From a virus: a stretch of 64,000 nucleotides of DNA. Shown here piece after piece: positions 30,558-39,852 of this stretch (position 1 is the first letter of the stretch; each line of letters opens with the position of its first letter). Both the position numbers and the translations under genes were made by a program. Where the stretch lies: positions 109,963 through 173,962 of the IMG/VR virus record IMGVR_UViG_3300032308_002246; one strand, 5' to 3'. The notes below the pieces were generated by a model. It saw nothing but the letters and a program-made list of their open reading frames with translations, searched no databases and was not told the origin of the DNA.

Positions 30558-31592
30558 ATGGCAGTTTCAAGCAACAACCAAATCGATTCTGGAGGTAAAG
30601 CCCCTTCAGCGCCAACGATTGGTACCCCACTGCTTGCAACAGGAACTTCAGCAAGCGTAGTTTTCACCCCATCGACATATATTGGTAAAGGCACAGTAAC
30701 CTACAGAGCCGCTGCAGACTCCGGTCAAACTGCTACTGGTAATAGCAGCCCAATTGTTATCACTGGGTTGACGCAGGGTTCAACAAGAACATTTACTGTT
30801 ACGGCTGTTTCGTCAAACGGAGTTGAAACATCTTCCGAAGTAAGTGCCTCGCTGGTTATGGGAGTTGGTCCATCTGCACCAACAATCGGAACAGCAGTCA
30901 TAGTTCAGAACGTGGACAGAGCAATTGATGTTCCGTACACCGCAGGAGCAACTGGGACAAACCCAACAGTAACCTATACGGCAACATCAAGTCCTAGTGG
31001 ATTAACCGCTACCGGTGCAAGCCCAATACGCATAACTGGACTCACGGCAGGAACCGCATACACATTTACGGTTTCAGCTTCTACGGAATTTGGAACTGCA
31101 ACTTCCGCCGCTTCCAACTCGGTGACAGCTGGAAATAGACCTGGTGCTCCGACTATTGGTACCGCTACTGGCGGAAACGCTCAAGCGACTGTCACATACA
31201 CCGCAGGAGCTGCTGGGACGGGCGCTACGACATTTACGGCCATTTCATCTCCAGGGAACGTTCAGGCCTCTGGAGCGTCTCCTATCACCGTTACAGGCCT
31301 CACCAACGGCCAAGCATACACTTTCACTGTAAGAGCAACCAACTCCTATGGATTTCAGACCTCTGGGTCTTCAAACTCCGTAACACCAGTTGCCCCTCCG
31401 TACTTCCCACCGTTCTTTCCGCCGTTTTTCCCACCTTACTTTCCGCCGTTTTTCCCACCATTTTTCCCTCCGTATTTCCCACCATTCTTTCCTCCTTTCT
31501 TTCCTCCTTATTTCCCACCCTTCTTCCCGCCTTTCTTTCCACCATTCTTTCCGCCATTCTTCCCGCCGTACTTCCCTCCGAGGTTCAAGTAG
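30558..31592 (+). CDS. FN3-domain 'tip' protein with (PP[FY]F)16 tail (cassette 2 putative substrate)
   Basis: Three FN3-like repeats (P.APTIGT...SPI..TGLT.G..YTF.V.A), then 16 tetrapeptide units. Confidence 0.8.
   Translation: MAVSSNNQIDSGGKAPSAPTIGTPLLATGTSASVVFTPSTYIGKGTVTYRAAADSGQTATGNSSPIVITGLTQGSTRTFTVTAVSSNGVETSSEVSASLVMGVGPSAPTIGTAVIVQNVDRAIDVPYTAGATGTNPTVTYTATSSPSGLTATGASPIRITGLTAGTAYTFTVSASTEFGTATSAASNSVTAGNRPGAPTIGTATGGNAQATVTYTAGAAGTGATTFTAISSPGNVQASGASPITVTGLTNGQAYTFTVRATNSYGFQTSGSSNSVTPVAPPYFPPFFPPFFPPYFPPFFPPFFPPYFPPFFPPFFPPYFPPFFPPFFPPFFPPFFPPYFPPRFK
31395..31586 (+). repeat. Coding 12-nt tandem repeat encoding PPYF/PPFF x16
   Basis: 16 units, the last being PPRF. Synonymous codons vary (CCA/CCG/CCT/CCC, TTC/TTT). 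Confidence 0.95.
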
Positions 31593-31595
31593 AAA

Positions 31596-32174
31596 ATGAA
31601 ATCAATTTATGACATTGACTTGAAGTCATGGGATGGCGAACGAGATGTCCTCAAAGACTGTGAAGGTAAAGTCACACTAATAATCAATACAACTGGTCAT
31701 TGTGGAAATGCGCCACAGTTTGGGATTATTGAGGGTCTTTACCAAAAGTACAAAGACCTTGGATTCAATGTTGTCGCTGTTCCTACAAATGACTTTTGCG
31801 GCAATGGAGTCACTTACGGAGAATACGCAGACGGCGTAAAAGATGCAAAGCACGCTCGAGATTATGGTGTCAATGAATGGAACGCTTCGTTTGATTTTTC
31901 GGAGCTAGTTGTATCTTGGCATGAAAAGCTAGAGGAAAAGCAAAATACCCCCCATGAGCTTTACCAAAATCTTATGACCAATGAGGAAAAAAGACTAAAG
32001 CAAGACATGACTGGGAACTTTGAAAAGTTTTTAATCAACAAAAAAGGAGAAAGAGTAGCAAGACTCACCAACGGTGTACTACTTGAATATGCGTACAATG
32101 ACGGTTATTGCGAGTCTCCAGAAGTTGAGCTTGAAAAACTATCTAAAATGATTGAAGACGAGTTGGCAAAATGA
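31596..32174 (+). CDS. Glutathione peroxidase-like protein
   Basis: GKVTLIIN..GHCGN.PQF, VPTNDF, GNFEKFLI.K.G. Confidence 0.8.
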   Translation: MKSIYDIDLKSWDGERDVLKDCEGKVTLIINTTGHCGNAPQFGIIEGLYQKYKDLGFNVVAVPTNDFCGNGVTYGEYADGVKDAKHARDYGVNEWNASFDFSELVVSWHEKLEEKQNTPHELYQNLMTNEEKRLKQDMTGNFEKFLINKKGERVARLTNGVLLEYAYNDGYCESPEVELEKLSKMIEDELAK

Positions 32175-33064
32175 CGACAATTGACACATATCTAAAAGGT
32201 GACTACAAAAAAGCTTACGAAGTTATTCACCCCATTTCCCTTTATGACATCCCTATTGCTTCTGCGGATGGAAAAGTAACAGATTTATTTGCTGACAGAA
32301 AAGGCAAAGTAACGCTTATATTCAACTGTGCTGCTGGTTGCGGAAATATCCCACAGCACGGAGTTATTGAGCAGCTGAACCAGCGCTATGCAAATGAAAA
32401 AGACTTTGACATCATTGCAGTAGTTGTTGATGACTTTCAGTGCCACGGATACAAAGAATTCCAAGATGGGATTGCCTCGTACTGTCAAACAGTTGGCCTT
32501 GACATGTCGGTTGGTGAATTTGCCAAAAAGTATGCTGAGGAAAATTTTGGCACCACTTTTGAGTTCTCAGAACTCACAAATGCCAGATTTGACAAAGTTA
32601 CATATGAATCAGATTTTGCGCCAAATACGAGCATAAACCAAACACAAAATTCTCTTTGGTACTACCTAACCGAGGGCTATAAGGCAACAGTTAACAAACT
32701 TGGCATACCCTACACAGGAGAAGTTGTTCCTTGGTCAAACGGACAAGAGGAGTACCTAGGTGGAGATGCTACAAAAGCATTCCCAATAACAGGAAATTTT
32801 ACAAAATTTTTGATTGATAGAACCGGAACTAAAACAAAGCGATACTCCAACGGCTTTCTTCTTGGAGAGCGAGATGTTGATGGCGAAATTTATCCTTGGC
32901 TAAACGAAAAGCTTTTAGATGATGGCAAAAAAGACTGGAAACCGTTTACAGGCAAAAAAGAAAACGGTGAGCCATGGGTCGAACCAAGCGCCAAAGGACA
33001 AGGCGTTGAATTATCGCTTGATTTGATTAGCCGTGACATTGAAGATTACCTAGCTCAACAGTAA
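32171..33064 (+). CDS. Glutathione peroxidase-like protein (divergent, with insertions)
   Basis: GKVTLIFNCAAGCGNIPQH...GNFTKFLIDRTG. Confidence 0.7.
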   Translation: MTTIDTYLKGDYKKAYEVIHPISLYDIPIASADGKVTDLFADRKGKVTLIFNCAAGCGNIPQHGVIEQLNQRYANEKDFDIIAVVVDDFQCHGYKEFQDGIASYCQTVGLDMSVGEFAKKYAEENFGTTFEFSELTNARFDKVTYESDFAPNTSINQTQNSLWYYLTEGYKATVNKLGIPYTGEVVPWSNGQEEYLGGDATKAFPITGNFTKFLIDRTGTKTKRYSNGFLLGERDVDGEIYPWLNEKLLDDGKKDWKPFTGKKENGEPWVEPSAKGQGVELSLDLISRDIEDYLAQQ

Positions 33065-33088
33065 TTAAAAACAATGTAGTCTGAGTAC

Positions 33089-33706
33089 ATGGAATCACCA
33101 TGGAAAATACAGCCTGGATTTTTTGGAACTGGTCCTGAAAACATTCATGTAATTAAGGATTTCATTGATAAAAAAGATGTTGAAACCATATCCTCATTTG
33201 CAAAAACCATAAATGAGTGGTCAAACGGCTCAGACGAAGACATCTTTGATGAAAACGGTGTATGCACTTATAGCGCTGCATACTGGAATGACAGGCAGTG
33301 TACTTGGGAAATTCTGCAAAGAATAAATAAAGATGTCTATGATTTGATTGATTTCTATTTAGACAAAATGGCTGTTACTGCAGGCGAAATTTTTGGATGC
33401 AAACTACAGAAACGACCCCCCTGCATTGTTAGATGGTTCAAGGGTATTGAACAACGTCCTCATGCTGACAAGCAAATGAACGATGGGTCCCCAAATCCTT
33501 TCCCCACATACGATATAAACTCGCTTTTCTACTGGAATAATGACTTTGAAGGTGGCGAGCTTTATTACCCACAGCACGATGTTGTCGTGAAGCCAGAGCC
33601 TGGGCTAGCCGTAATCCACCCCGGAGACATAAACTATCTACACGGTGTCAAGCTCGTTACGAGCGGGGAGCGATACACCTCTCCGGCATTCTTTACAGTG
33701 GAGTGA
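33089..33706 (+). CDS. 2OG-Fe(II) oxygenase, P4H-like
   Basis: HAD...YWNNDFEGGEL...LHGV...RY. Confidence 0.9.
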   Translation: MESPWKIQPGFFGTGPENIHVIKDFIDKKDVETISSFAKTINEWSNGSDEDIFDENGVCTYSAAYWNDRQCTWEILQRINKDVYDLIDFYLDKMAVTAGEIFGCKLQKRPPCIVRWFKGIEQRPHADKQMNDGSPNPFPTYDINSLFYWNNDFEGGELYYPQHDVVVKPEPGLAVIHPGDINYLHGVKLVTSGERYTSPAFFTVE

Positions 33707-33707
33707 C

Positions 33708-34370
33708 ATGGGACAAGAACCGCGTTTTATAAATACTCCAAGAATTGGATTGTTTGTTGATTACTTGCCAAAAGAAGAATGGGAAGTAGTAAAAGAATAC
33801 TGCGAAAACAATGAGGCAAAATTTGAGTTCGTTGGGCACAATCCTGAAATTGGATGGAAAAAGAAAACACACTCACGTCACCCAGAGATAACTTTTCAAA
33901 CATCTTTTCTCCCAACCAAAGAGGAAATTGACTCCGGTGGTTACATGACCAATGGCGATAACTACAAGATTTCCATGCATGAACCAGCAGACGAGCAGGT
34001 TAAAAAAATATTGCTATGGATGTTGATAAATGTTAGAGACACAATAAAAACAACCTACGGCAATAAAACATACTTTGAAAGCGGCCCATGGTTGTCAATG
34101 GCCAAAGAAGGCGACAACATGGGGTTGCACTGCGATGGCGTGTTTCTGGACAAAGTTGGAGCTGTTACTGATTTTTCATGCGTTTACTATGTGAACGACG
34201 AATATGAAGGCGGAGAAATTTACATGCCAATTCTTGGCGTAGCTATTAAACCTAAAGCCAATTCTCTTCTAATTTGGTCTCACACTTGGCATGAAGACAT
34301 GGCTCACGGAGTTAGGCCAATCATTTCTGGAACTCGTTATATGTCGCAAGGGTTCTTTACCACTGTATAG
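33708..34370 (+). CDS. 2OG-Fe(II) oxygenase, P4H-like
   Basis: HCD...YVNDEYEGGEI...AHGV...RY. Start moved to ATG 33708. Confidence 0.88.
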   Translation: MGQEPRFINTPRIGLFVDYLPKEEWEVVKEYCENNEAKFEFVGHNPEIGWKKKTHSRHPEITFQTSFLPTKEEIDSGGYMTNGDNYKISMHEPADEQVKKILLWMLINVRDTIKTTYGNKTYFESGPWLSMAKEGDNMGLHCDGVFLDKVGAVTDFSCVYYVNDEYEGGEIYMPILGVAIKPKANSLLIWSHTWHEDMAHGVRPIISGTRYMSQGFFTTV

Positions 34371-34379
34371 ACTGTTGGC

Positions 34380-35045
34380 ATGAAAACAGAAATACTTAGT
34401 GACCCGCGCCTTGGGGTTCTTGTATACAAGAATGCACTGCCTAAAGAACTGGACATCATAAATAGGCTTGAGTCAACTATCGGAGACAGCACGACGATGC
34501 CTTTCATGTGGTGCGAGGCTCTTGTTGGTTATTCACAAAAGATGCCAGAGTATCGAGACTGTGTTGACTGCAAAATTGGACAGGTCCACATGGACCATCT
34601 GCACCATTACCCACAGTTCGCAGAGCTAAAGAACATTTACAACGACACGGCGAATGCAATCCGCGCATGCATGAATGATTATCAAAGCCGCTACAACATA
34701 AATATGGAGTATATGGAGGCAATTAACTTCGTTCGATACGGAGCGAATCAGCACTTCCAGGTCCACACTGACCACGGGTTTTCTTATACTTGCACAGTTT
34801 CTTCTGTCGTCTACTTCAATGACGACTATGAAGGCGGTGAGCTCTGGTTCCCTTACCTAGATTTGACATTCAAACCAGAAACTGGGGACATAGTGATGTT
34901 CCCGTCAACATTTATTTATGCACATGCTGCAAAACCAGTTACCAGCGGCGTTAAGTACTCTGGAGTAACGATGTTTGATTACAACGACAGGAATCACGAC
35001 ATCAAGGGAAGCTACGACGGAGTAAAGGCTCCAGCTGCTCAGTAG
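34380..35045 (+). CDS. 2OG-Fe(II) oxygenase, P4H-like
   Basis: HTD...YFNDDYEGGEL...AHAA...KYS. Confidence 0.9.
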   Translation: MKTEILSDPRLGVLVYKNALPKELDIINRLESTIGDSTTMPFMWCEALVGYSQKMPEYRDCVDCKIGQVHMDHLHHYPQFAELKNIYNDTANAIRACMNDYQSRYNINMEYMEAINFVRYGANQHFQVHTDHGFSYTCTVSSVVYFNDDYEGGELWFPYLDLTFKPETGDIVMFPSTFIYAHAAKPVTSGVKYSGVTMFDYNDRNHDIKGSYDGVKAPAAQ

Positions 35046-35593
35046 TGGCTGTTGTAGGCATCTACTCTCCGGGGGCTATGGGTTCTACCCTTGCTTATTC
35101 CTGTTCTGTAAATGGCCACAAAACAATATGGGCATCAGAGGGTCGTTCTGAAAAAACATTAATCCGTGCAAAAAAATTTGGCATAGAAGATGTCGTTTCA
35201 CTTGAAAACCTTTTGGGAAAAAGCGATTTTATATTCTCGATTGCCAGCAACTTTGACGCATTTGAATTTGCTCGTGTTATTGCATCAATGAGTTTCAAAG
35301 GAATCTATGTTGACTTCAATACCATGTATACAGATACCGACGGAACCGAACTTGAGAACATACTCACCCCAAATAAAATAAAGTACGTTGAAGGCGCACT
35401 TCGTGGCTGGCCAGTAAAAGAACCAGGAGAAGAAATAACCAGCGAGAAAACAATGTATCTATCTGGTCTACATGCGAATACAGTAAAAGAACTATTTGGA
35501 AATTTTTGGAGAATAAGAACCATGCCCAAATCAGCAAAATTGTTAAACCGAGTACTTGCAGAGGAGTTGGCGATTATCTATGGTCAAGGTTAA
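35045..35593 (+). CDS. NAD(P)-binding Rossmann protein (6PGD/HIBADH N-domain-like)
   Basis: VGIYSPGAMGS.LA, 'SDFIFSI', 'YVDFNT', 'YVEGA'. Confidence 0.7.
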   Translation: MAVVGIYSPGAMGSTLAYSCSVNGHKTIWASEGRSEKTLIRAKKFGIEDVVSLENLLGKSDFIFSIASNFDAFEFARVIASMSFKGIYVDFNTMYTDTDGTELENILTPNKIKYVEGALRGWPVKEPGEEITSEKTMYLSGLHANTVKELFGNFWRIRTMPKSAKLLNRVLAEELAIIYGQG

Positions 35594-36284
35594 TCTAAAG
35601 AGAACATACGATAATCCACCAGAAATAAGACAGTCACGAATAAACCGTGACTGGATGGATGAAACATATAAAAAGCACGCATACCAGTGCTTGCCAATGA
35701 CTTTTGCAAATGTATACGGATGGGAGCTAGTGCTCCCGCAGACAGTTATTGCTCAATGGGACGGCGGCAACACTGTTCCTACGATTCTTGAGGGCGAATC
35801 ATACGGTGGCAGACAGTTGGCCTACGGCGGAATAATAGGCATGGTTTCATTCTCTACAGGGTGGATTTTTGGGACAGACACTGGATACGAAACATTTATT
35901 GGTGGCTCACCCAACTATGTTAGAGAAGATGCACAGGCACTATCCGCAATCATTCCGAGTAGCTGGTGGCCAGATGAGTTCCAAATGAACTGGAAGATAA
36001 ACAAAGTAGGAGAACCAGTTGTTTTTGAAGCCGGTATGCCTTTTATGTTTTTTTCAATATTTGAAAGCAATGTATTAGAAAATGTAGATTTCACTGTTGA
36101 TAACCTTTGGGATGATAAAGAGCTAATGGATTCTCGACAAAAATACGGTGACTTGAAAATGAAGAACAATCAAGAGCAGCCATGGACCTGGACAAAAGGC
36201 ATAAAAACAGGACTTGATGCTGACGGCAACAAGATTGGTCCAACATTTACAGGGATGCCAAAACTGCAAATTCCAGGACAATAA
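35580..36284 (+). CDS. DUF6065-like protein
   Basis: 'R.WMD....HAYQCLP...AN..GWE...G.PN.......L..II...W....F.MNW.......V.F..G.P'. Recognised from memory. Confidence 0.65.
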   Translation: MVKVNLKRTYDNPPEIRQSRINRDWMDETYKKHAYQCLPMTFANVYGWELVLPQTVIAQWDGGNTVPTILEGESYGGRQLAYGGIIGMVSFSTGWIFGTDTGYETFIGGSPNYVREDAQALSAIIPSSWWPDEFQMNWKINKVGEPVVFEAGMPFMFFSIFESNVLENVDFTVDNLWDDKELMDSRQKYGDLKMKNNQEQPWTWTKGIKTGLDADGNKIGPTFTGMPKLQIPGQ

Positions 36285-36286
36285 CA

Positions 36287-36904
36287 ATGTCAATGCTTGA
36301 CTATAAAAATCTACTGCTTAAAAACATACATGTTATTGATAATTTTGCAACTGGTGAAGAATTATCAAAAATTCTTGATAGGTGTTATGAATTCTCAGAA
36401 TGGGACAACACCTGGCAGGAGTATGTAGGCGGTCAGGGATATACCGAAAGACCAGATTGCCAAGAAAGAAAAGACGTATCTTCTAGGGCATTGTCTTTGG
36501 TTTCCGCAACAGTCGGCAGGAGATTGTGTTTTCTTTATGAACCATACCTAAGAAAATACCCACCTGGCTCTTATCTAAAAATGCATGCGGATGCAGAGGG
36601 TTATTATGGAAGCAATCCAGAACCACTGAAAAACTACGACCCCACAAACCAAATGTCAGAAGTTCTAAATGAATGTTCATCAATTCTTTACCTGAATGAA
36701 GACTACGAAGGTGGAGAATTGTACTTTGAAGAATTTGACATGTTGATTAAACCCAAAGCCAATCAGCTGGTTTTCTTTCCAAGTGGCTCCGAATTTAGAC
36801 ATGAAGTGAAGCCGGTAATTAGTGGTGATAGATACACACTTGCGTCTTTTTATACGACTGATAAGCTGGTTGGCCTTCACGAGAAAATACGAGAACTTAT
36901 ATGA
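36287..36904 (+). CDS. 2OG-Fe(II) oxygenase, P4H-like
   Basis: HAD...YLNEDYEGGEL...RHEV...RY. Confidence 0.9.
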   Translation: MSMLDYKNLLLKNIHVIDNFATGEELSKILDRCYEFSEWDNTWQEYVGGQGYTERPDCQERKDVSSRALSLVSATVGRRLCFLYEPYLRKYPPGSYLKMHADAEGYYGSNPEPLKNYDPTNQMSEVLNECSSILYLNEDYEGGELYFEEFDMLIKPKANQLVFFPSGSEFRHEVKPVISGDRYTLASFYTTDKLVGLHEKIRELI

Positions 36905-37116
36905 AACTTGGAAAATACGACTCTCTTATGGCAAAAAACAGAGCTGCGCGATTCTTGGCTGCGTCAATAGGGGAGACGAGCCAGTTGATGACTCTCGAGA
37001 ATATGTCTCTTGTCTATTCTGGGGAAAACCCATATGAAGAAGGAACCATAGAGCACAATGCCTTCAGGCTGTTGTCTAGCGAGTATTCAGCATTGGAAGC
37101 CCTAAAAAATGGATGA
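36901..37116 (+). CDS. Small hypothetical protein
   Basis: ATGA-coupled ORF in the enzyme operon. Confidence 0.55.
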   Translation: MKLGKYDSLMAKNRAARFLAASIGETSQLMTLENMSLVYSGENPYEEGTIEHNAFRLLSSEYSALEALKNG

Positions 37117-37297
37117 GCCACAGGATTTTAAAATGAGCACCAGAAAAGGTGAAGCCATAACAGACACCGAAGAGTGGGATAACGAGATTATTGAATGGGA
37201 CCCAAGCACTGGTGTTTACTATGTTGCTGGTAAGCCGGTATCAATGTGTCAGGGTGTAGCAATGTTTGATGTTAAGGATAATGATGAGCAAGTATGA
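37109..37297 (+). CDS. Small acidic hypothetical protein
   Basis: Overlap-coupled ORF. Confidence 0.5.
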   Translation: MDEPQDFKMSTRKGEAITDTEEWDNEIIEWDPSTGVYYVAGKPVSMCQGVAMFDVKDNDEQV

Positions 37298-37565
37298 CCC
37301 TGTTGCTGATTTAGAGTATCGCTCCGAGCAGCTAGCAGCATATCTATTCATTCTTGGATTTGATGAATCACGCTTTGACGAGGTCACGATTGACGACTGT
37401 ATTAATGCGATTAGAGATAGGTACCGCTACGACCATGACACGGAAATCGATTCAGATGTAAAAGACTACATAAAAAGACAGAACATTACACTTACAAGAA
37501 ATGTCCGTCGTGCTTGGTTTGATGTACAAGTAGCATTGCATGAGGTGCAAAATGGAACAAAGTAA
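37281..37565 (+). CDS. Small helical hypothetical protein
   Basis: AAGGA SD before ATG 37281; overlap-coupled. Confidence 0.55.
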   Translation: MMSKYDPVADLEYRSEQLAAYLFILGFDESRFDEVTIDDCINAIRDRYRYDHDTEIDSDVKDYIKRQNITLTRNVRRAWFDVQVALHEVQNGTK

Positions 37566-38286
37566 AAGATACGAACCAGAGGTTTCTTTTGACTTCAGTT
37601 CACTGCAGTTTGACTGGGAACAATATGCAGACCAGTGCAACCGCGAGGATGGTGGGCATTCTGTTGCTATAGCTGAATATCTTTTTAACAAGGTTGGCAT
37701 TGATAGGAGAAACATTGCCACAGGTGGAGCAAGCGACTACGAGTTTGTAGTTCACTACCCAAGACCAAACCTGTCAAGTGCTTATGGTCAAGCTCAATGG
37801 ATGTCCATCCTCATGATTCTCGGCATCATGGATATATCCAAAAAGAAAAATGTATTGGCAGTTTCTGGTGGTTTAGATAGATTTAGGCTGAAGGTGTTCA
37901 AGTCGCTACACGGCGCAAACATCACATTTCTGAATAACAAAAAACTTAGTTTGTACGAAAAATTCCAAGACCCTATTGACGACTACAACGTTGTAACTAT
38001 GCAGGATTTTGAGAAACACCCAAACAACAAGTACGACATGATGCTTTCGTGGTCTCAGGACATGGAGAATCCACTGATTCCAATAAGTTCTTTTGTAGAC
38101 AGACTTGAAGACAATGGAATTCTGATAATTCAAAACACATCTGACAGCATGTTTTTATACAACAATCACACCAAAGCAACACCAATTTGGGGATATCACG
38201 AAGCTCTTAAAAATATTGGCGGCTGCAGTGTCTACCATATTCCAGTTTTTTACGGAATCACAATCGTTGTAAAGAGCGCAACATGA
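37552..38286 (+). CDS. Class I SAM-dependent methyltransferase-like protein
   Basis: 'KKNVLAVSGG', 'KYDMML', 'L..NGILIIQN' and terminal 'G.TIVVK' as in O-methyltransferase folds; degenerate. Confidence 0.55.
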   Translation: MEQSKRYEPEVSFDFSSLQFDWEQYADQCNREDGGHSVAIAEYLFNKVGIDRRNIATGGASDYEFVVHYPRPNLSSAYGQAQWMSILMILGIMDISKKKNVLAVSGGLDRFRLKVFKSLHGANITFLNNKKLSLYEKFQDPIDDYNVVTMQDFEKHPNNKYDMMLSWSQDMENPLIPISSFVDRLEDNGILIIQNTSDSMFLYNNHTKATPIWGYHEALKNIGGCSVYHIPVFYGITIVVKSAT

Positions 38287-38957
38287 TTATAAAAGATAAT
38301 GCACTAGCTGATTCTTTATATCAAGAACTGCTATCAGATGATGCTTTTTTCCCTGAGTCAATGGGTTCTGACGAGAGATTAGCAACAGAGCTCAATTCAT
38401 ATCACTACGAAAAATCTAGTTGTTTTGCTCCCTATATGTTTTGGGATGGATGGTGGGCAACCCCAGCAAACACATTGAGGAAGAAAGTTGTTCAAGCAAT
38501 TTGGGAAGACAACCTCCCATGCGATACAAGCGAAATACTTGGAATCGAGTATTGGACAAGAACTTATCTACCTGGCCAGTATCTGGATGTGCATGTTGAT
38601 GAGGATACATTTCTTTATCAGGAATCAAAAACATTTAGCGGTCCGTTGACAGGCTCAATACTCTACGGAGTAGATAATGACAATGGTGGTTTTGTAGAAA
38701 TATACAACAAAGCAGTTTTGAAAGATGGAGAAAAATTAGCTATTGAAGCAGAAAGCATAAACTCTTTGTTGGTTCCGGTAGAAGAGCGAGAGAGAATAGC
38801 CTACAAAGGGAACCGTGTAATTATTTTTGATACCGGCCATGTGGTTCATGGAACAACTCCAGCAAAGAGTGGAATCAGGCAAGTAATGGTAACAAATGTA
38901 TGGCATCGCAACAATCCCCCAACAGCTCTAAAGTTGGGAGAATTTTTTTATGAGTGA
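38283..38957 (+). CDS. 2OG-Fe(II) oxygenase
   Basis: GIEYW...HVDED...GG...NRVIIFD...HG....G.R....N.W. Confidence 0.8.
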   Translation: MIIKDNALADSLYQELLSDDAFFPESMGSDERLATELNSYHYEKSSCFAPYMFWDGWWATPANTLRKKVVQAIWEDNLPCDTSEILGIEYWTRTYLPGQYLDVHVDEDTFLYQESKTFSGPLTGSILYGVDNDNGGFVEIYNKAVLKDGEKLAIEAESINSLLVPVEERERIAYKGNRVIIFDTGHVVHGTTPAKSGIRQVMVTNVWHRNNPPTALKLGEFFYE

Positions 38958-39852
38958 TGTTAAAAAGGTAAACCTTTTATCAATTGACATATTTAAAACA
39001 AAAATTAATGACATTGACAACCAGCGGCTGTTGCAAGAGATTTTAAAATCAACCAATGATATTGATGATTCATTTATTGAAAATAAATATCATACTTATT
39101 ATGAAGACAAAAGGTATCCGTTTGGTTCTGCTGAGTCGGAAAAACTAATAAACAAGTTGGCAGAAGCAGTTTCTGGTTCTTTAAACAAAGAAATGGTGCT
39201 TAGTAGCATTTGGACACTAACTCTTGGTTATGGACAGTCGGTATCTGCTCACTCGCATAAATCAAACACTCACCTTCGTCCAGAAGAGTACTTTTCAATT
39301 GCCTATTACCCAAGCGCCCCCAAGGGAAGCGCAGACTTGATATTTATGGTTAATGCCGGAAACACTATAGAAAAGTCTGTTGAACTAACACCGGAAACTG
39401 GTGACCTAATTATTTTCAACTCTTATTTAATGCATATGACCAATAGGCACGGCAATAAAGAAGAACCTCGAGTCGTTATAAGCGCAAATTTTTCTCCGAA
39501 ATACCCGAATTCAACACCAACTCAGGATTGGAGCGCTTACGCAAGACACCCAGAGGACAGTGAAATTATCTACGATAAACGTTACTCATTAACGATACGT
39601 ACTCCCTTTGGCAAGGAAGATGCAACACTTGGAATCAAAGGTGATATTGCGGAAATATTTAATCCAACCGGAAAATACTTTATAGAAAAATTTATTGAAA
39701 CAGAAGATTCATTCAGTTCTGAATTTTCTGTTGATGTGCCAATGGTTACCACTGTTAGTATTCAGTTGTCGTTTACTGAAAACAGGGCCATTGAGGGCTC
39801 TATTTTTATTGGTGAATTTGCTAAATACCATGTGAGTGGGGTGGTGTTGTGA
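38950..39852 (+). CDS. Putative 2OG-Fe(II) oxygenase (HxH type) with C-terminal extra domain
   Basis: W.......HSH...S.AYY......L.F...P..GDLIIF.SYL.H......R.VISAN. Confidence 0.75.
   Translation: MSDVKKVNLLSIDIFKTKINDIDNQRLLQEILKSTNDIDDSFIENKYHTYYEDKRYPFGSAESEKLINKLAEAVSGSLNKEMVLSSIWTLTLGYGQSVSAHSHKSNTHLRPEEYFSIAYYPSAPKGSADLIFMVNAGNTIEKSVELTPETGDLIIFNSYLMHMTNRHGNKEEPRVVISANFSPKYPNSTPTQDWSAYARHPEDSEIIYDKRYSLTIRTPFGKEDATLGIKGDIAEIFNPTGKYFIEKFIETEDSFSSEFSVDVPMVTTVSIQLSFTENRAIEGSIFIGEFAKYHVSGVVL

Noticed and set aside
31395-31586. PPFF repeat as a CRISPR array, microsatellite or assembly artefact
   Set aside because: No spacers. Variation is mainly synonymous plus F/Y swaps and stays in frame, which indicates a coding repeat.
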